A DNA stretch of 64,000 nt, taken from NCBI GenBank assembly GCA_019358915.1, contig JAHHIM010000055.1:320001-384000 (forward strand), written 5' to 3'. A program made the position numbers and the translations under genes. The notes below the pieces were generated by a model, which had not been told where the DNA came from, made no database searches, and was given only the letters and a program-made list of their open reading frames with translations. Position 1 is the first letter of the stretch, and each line of letters begins with the position of its first letter. Positions 60,437 through 64,000 of the stretch are shown here, in pieces. Origin of the DNA: Trichormus sp. ATA11-4-KO1. Lineage in GTDB: Bacteria > Cyanobacteriota > Cyanobacteriia > Cyanobacteriales > Nostocaceae.

Positions 60437-60820
60437 TATTTCACCTCCAAAGATTGGGGAGGTTGGCATTATTGGGATATGGAGAATAATTGGCTAATTT
60501 TTAAACAGCTGGTGCAGCAGAAACTACCAACAATACTAGCATTACCAAAATTAATATACTGATTTTGACAATTAGATAATTGGTAGGGTCAGATAATGAA
60601 AAATTGTAAATCATCTTACACCTCCATTTGTTGATATCTCTACTTTCATTGTCCCTCAAAAATCGCTACACCATTAATTAGATAGCATTTATCAAGTAAA
60701 TCTTAACGGTGTAGGGTGTAGGTACTTTAATGGTGTTCCCTCTCATCTTTAGATGACTTTTGTTATGCAGCCCGATGTTTCTCACTTATGACGGTTTTTA
60801 ATGCTGGTGCTAGATATAAC

Positions 60821-61726
60821 TTAATTATTGCCACCAATTAAGTATACATAAGAACCCAAATTTTCATCGTCTGTACCAACAATTACACCACCTGCGGCAC
60901 CTGTTACAAGTTCCATACCTTCAATTTTATGGTAGTTAGAACGATAGAGGGGAACAAGTTGAGTATTCTGCTGCCATGCTAATTTGTTACCGCGAAATCC
61001 TAAGTAACCAGCGACATACACAGCCGACTGGAATGGGCCATTATCTCCAGCATCACTGGCTGAGGTAATATACACAATTCCAACCGAGTCTACTTTCAAA
61101 TCAGAAATATGACGCACACTTGCCGATGGAAATGGTACTTTCAAACTCACTGAACCTGCCAGATTAATTTGATATTTAGTTAAATCAAGTATTCCCCAAT
61201 AAATAGTAGCAGGCTGTTCTCCAGCACCTCGATGCGCCCAGATAGCAGCTAATTTACCATCTATTTCTTGCAAACCAAATGCCTCAAAATTGCTACCCTG
61301 TGGAACTTCTGGTAAATCAAATTTTTTAATAACTGAAATATTTTTGTTAGCAGCATTTAATTTAATTTCATAAGCTCTTCCGGAACTACTTAAGGCTAAA
61401 AAAGTTTTTTTCCTAGGAACGGATGTTAAACCCTCTAAATCAATAGGTAATTCTGTATTTTGTTGCCATTTCACACGGGAATATTCAGGCTGCTGCTTTC
61501 CTTTAATACTAACAATCGCTAGACGGTCTTCATCTTGCTTTTTGTTGTCATGGACAATCAAAAAATCTAAATTATTACCTTGTTGCTCTACCAAAGCCAT
61601 CCCGCTAATCCCAAAAGGAATACCACCACGCACTGGTAGCCAATCTTGCGCCCAAGTTCTCTGGGATATAAGTAAAAATGCACCCAAGACAACTATACTA
61701 ATGATTAATCTAAGAAACCGAGGCAT
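60821..61726 (-). CDS. Hypothetical secreted beta-propeller-like protein
   Basis: Signal peptide; repeated ISG/DLEG/NFEA/ISDL/KIEG blade-like motifs. Confidence 0.75.
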   Translation of the reverse strand: MPRFLRLIISIVVLGAFLLISQRTWAQDWLPVRGGIPFGISGMALVEQQGNNLDFLIVHDNKKQDEDRLAIVSIKGKQQPEYSRVKWQQNTELPIDLEGLTSVPRKKTFLALSSSGRAYEIKLNAANKNISVIKKFDLPEVPQGSNFEAFGLQEIDGKLAAIWAHRGAGEQPATIYWGILDLTKYQINLAGSVSLKVPFPSASVRHISDLKVDSVGIVYITSASDAGDNGPFQSAVYVAGYLGFRGNKLAWQQNTQLVPLYRSNYHKIEGMELVTGAAGGVIVGTDDENLGSYVYLIGGNN

Positions 61727-61845
61727 ATTTTAAGTATTGGGAAGAAAGAGTGTATTATCTGATGCTCAATCATATCAAATCCCAGCGATCGCTCCAGAAT
61801 TCTCAAATTTTTGATTGGCTAATTTCGTTCAACATCTTTAGCAAG

Positions 61846-62526
61846 ATGACATTGCAAAACACAGATGATCAAATACCACAACTAAAAGCGCTGACTCAAG
61901 AAAGCCTAACCTGTGGTTTGCAGGTGCTGGCCAATCTTGACAGTGATTTAGCTCGCATTTTAGACACACTGGGGCCTCCAGCAATGTGGGAAAGAGAGGC
62001 GGGTTTTCCCACATTACTCCGGATAATTTTGGAACAGCAAGTTTCTTTAGCGGCTGCGAAAGCCGTATTTACTCGGCTATGTGCAGTTGTTGTATCACTA
62101 ACGCCAGAAAATTTTTTGCAGCTTGACAATGTGCAATTAAAAGGTATTGGATTTAGTCGGCAAAAGATGCTTTATTGTCAGAGACTGGCAGATGCAATAG
62201 TAAATAATCAGCTTGATTTAACCAAGTTAGGAAAAATGGATGAAACTGCTATTAGAACTGAGCTAAAACGCATCAAAGGTATCGGAGATTGGACGGTCGA
62301 TATTTATTTATTAATGGCGCTACAACGTCCTGATGTTTTTCCCAAAGGCGATTTAGGAGTAGCGATCGCCATCCAGAATATCAAAGGATTGGCAACACGT
62401 CCCACACCAGCACAACTGGAAGTAATTGCTGAGAAATGGCGACCGTGGCGTGCAGTCGCGACGAGAATTTTATGGCATTACTACTTAAGTAATGCCAATA
62501 ATAAATCGGTTACAGTTTACCTGTAA
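61846..62526 (+). CDS. alkA: DNA-3-methyladenine glycosylase II (AlkA family)
   Basis: ILEQQVS, HhH motif [22 protein letters not shown]. Confidence 0.9.
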   Translation: MTLQNTDDQIPQLKALTQESLTCGLQVLANLDSDLARILDTLGPPAMWEREAGFPTLLRIILEQQVSLAAAKAVFTRLCAVVVSLTPENFLQLDNVQLKGIGFSRQKMLYCQRLADAIVNNQLDLTKLGKMDETAIRTELKRIKGIGDWTVDIYLLMALQRPDVFPKGDLGVAIAIQNIKGLATRPTPAQLEVIAEKWRPWRAVATRILWHYYLSNANNKSVTVYL

Positions 62527-63367
62527 ACACCTTTTCAGCCGGGCCAGTCATGTAAACTCGTTGGTCTAATTCTGACCATTCAATTTGCAAAGAACCACCA
62601 GGTAATTCTACAGTTGCGGCGCGATCGCATTTTCCAGTCAGCACACCAGCCACCAAGGCAGCACACGCACCAGTACCACAAGCTAATGTGATACCCGCGC
62701 CTCGTTCCCATACCCGCATTTTCAAGTAGTCTCGACTAACTAATTGAATAAATTCAGTATTTGTGCGTTGGGGAAAAACCGGGTGATGCTCAAACTGAGG
62801 GCCGACACTTTCCAGAGGAATCGCCGCTACATCTTCCACAAAGGTAATACAGTGAGGATTACCCATACTCACACAGGTAACATCCCAAGTTTGTCCCGCC
62901 ACCGCTAAAGGCTGATTAATCACTTTTGCATCAGGTGAACCAAGGGTAGTCGGAATTTCCCCAGCCAGTAACCTAGGTAAACCCATATCCACCTTTACTT
63001 GACCATCGGGCATGATCTGAGGGGTCATCACACCAGCCAAAGTATGAATGCGATAGGTAATTAAAGGTTGAGAAGATTCTTGATTAGTCTCCAGTTTCTC
63101 TAAATCTGCCAAAAAACCAGCTAAACAACGAATGCCATTACCACACATTTCCGGTTCTGAGCCATCGGAGTTGAAAATCCGCATAGTGTAGTCAGTACCG
63201 TTTTCTCCGGGTAAGGCAAAAATCACACCATCAGCACCGATGCCAAAATGGCGATCGCACAACTTGACTGCTTGCTCTGGAGTCAGCACAGGTAATGATG
63301 ACAAGCGATTGTCAATTAAAATGAAGTCATTTCCCAGACCGTGATACTTAGTAAATTCGATTGCCAT
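62510..63367 (-). CDS. dapF: Diaminopimelate epimerase
   Basis: [40 protein letters not shown]. Confidence 0.98.
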   Translation of the reverse strand: MAIEFTKYHGLGNDFILIDNRLSSLPVLTPEQAVKLCDRHFGIGADGVIFALPGENGTDYTMRIFNSDGSEPEMCGNGIRCLAGFLADLEKLETNQESSQPLITYRIHTLAGVMTPQIMPDGQVKVDMGLPRLLAGEIPTTLGSPDAKVINQPLAVAGQTWDVTCVSMGNPHCITFVEDVAAIPLESVGPQFEHHPVFPQRTNTEFIQLVSRDYLKMRVWERGAGITLACGTGACAALVAGVLTGKCDRAATVELPGGSLQIEWSELDQRVYMTGPAEKVFTGKL

Positions 63368-63474
63368 TTTCCCTACGATGAATTATTAATGATTAGGTAT
63401 TGGGTATCGGGTATTAGGTCTTAAATATCTCCCAGTCCCCAGTCCCTACTCCCCTAATACATCATTAACTAAAA

Positions 63475-63690
63475 ATGCCTACAACTGAATTTGATACATC
63501 ACTACCTAGCATCAGGCAACTGCAAGACCTGATTAAACAAACAGCAGTAGTAGAATTCAAACTGGTAACAGGTGATCTGCTAACAGGTAAAGTTTCTTGG
63601 CAAGATCCTAATTGCGTGTGTATTGTCGATGATCATAGTCAGCAAACCACAATTTGGAAACATGCGATCGCCTACTTTAAAAAGTGCTGA
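63475..63690 (+). CDS. hfq: Cyanobacterial Hfq
   Basis: FDTSLPSIRQLQ, KLVTGDLLTGKVSWQD, IWKHAIAY; divergent from dapF. Confidence 0.9.
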   Translation: MPTTEFDTSLPSIRQLQDLIKQTAVVEFKLVTGDLLTGKVSWQDPNCVCIVDDHSQQTTIWKHAIAYFKKC

Positions 63691-63731
63691 GTGCCAAGTG
63701 GGGAGTGAAATTCTCTCCCTGACTTTAATCC

Positions 63732-64000
63732 TTAGGCAACCACAAAATTCACCAACTTCCCAGGAACCACAATCACTTTTTTAATCTCTTTACCCTCAAT
63801 GTGGCGCTGGACAACTTCTGATTCACGGGCGTACTTTTCCAACTCGGCTTTATCTGCTTGTGCAGGAACTGGAATATCTGCACGCTTCTTGCCGTTAACC
63901 TGAATTACTAAAGTAATTTCATCAGCTACTAAGGCAGCAGAATCAAATGATGGCCAAGTTTGAGTATGGACTGAATTACTGTTGCCCAATAAATGCCACA
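63732..64000 (-). CDS. leuS: Leucyl-tRNA synthetase, 3' end (partial)
   Basis: WHLLG...SVH...WP...[11 protein letters not shown]...[14 protein letters not shown]. Confidence 0.95.
   Translation of the reverse strand, partial: WHLLGNSNSVHTQTWPSFDSAALVADEITLVIQVNGKKRADIPVPAQADKAELEKYARESEVVQRHIEGKEIKKVIVVPGKLVNFVVA

Noticed and set aside
3043..62129. Numerous 60-135 aa ORFs nested in or antisense to confident genes
   Set aside because: Shadow ORFs with no motifs or independent translation signals

Overview
Chromosomal window from a filamentous, probably heterocyst-forming cyanobacterium (Nostocales-like): it is AT-rich and has frequent HIP1 octamers (GCGATCGC), heptameric STRR-type tandem repeats, ccmK3/ccmK4 and cyanobacterial hfq between dapF and leuS. 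Most of it is core genes (pgm/pmm, M1P guanylyltransferase, moaC, aroK, ubiX, an RNase R-like gene, clpP, mobA, alkA, dapF, leuS, tRNA-Arg(ACG)). Notable accessory loci: (1) an NLR-like locus at 16.8-21.2 kb, where an HTH-NB-ARC protein and its TPR sensor are split into translationally coupled genes, followed by an internally duplicated TPR protein and divergent from a small hydrophobic ORF; (2) a BglII-like C-R-M restriction-modification system at 32.3-34.6 kb, whose endonuclease appears to start at a non-canonical ATT and whose C and M promoters share an operator; (3) a metal-handling region at 47.8-58.9 kb with a two-domain multicopper oxidase, an HhH lipoprotein, a ferritin-like protein and an FTR1 permease (Fet3/Ftr1-like), plus adjacent Co-type and Ni-type ECF transporters. 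A perfect 35-bp inverted repeat pair brackets a 4.1-kb segment, and several MITEs or small dispersed repeats occur, some nested. No CRISPR array, rRNA or intact transposase was found. Family assignments come from motif recognition by eye, not from database searches.
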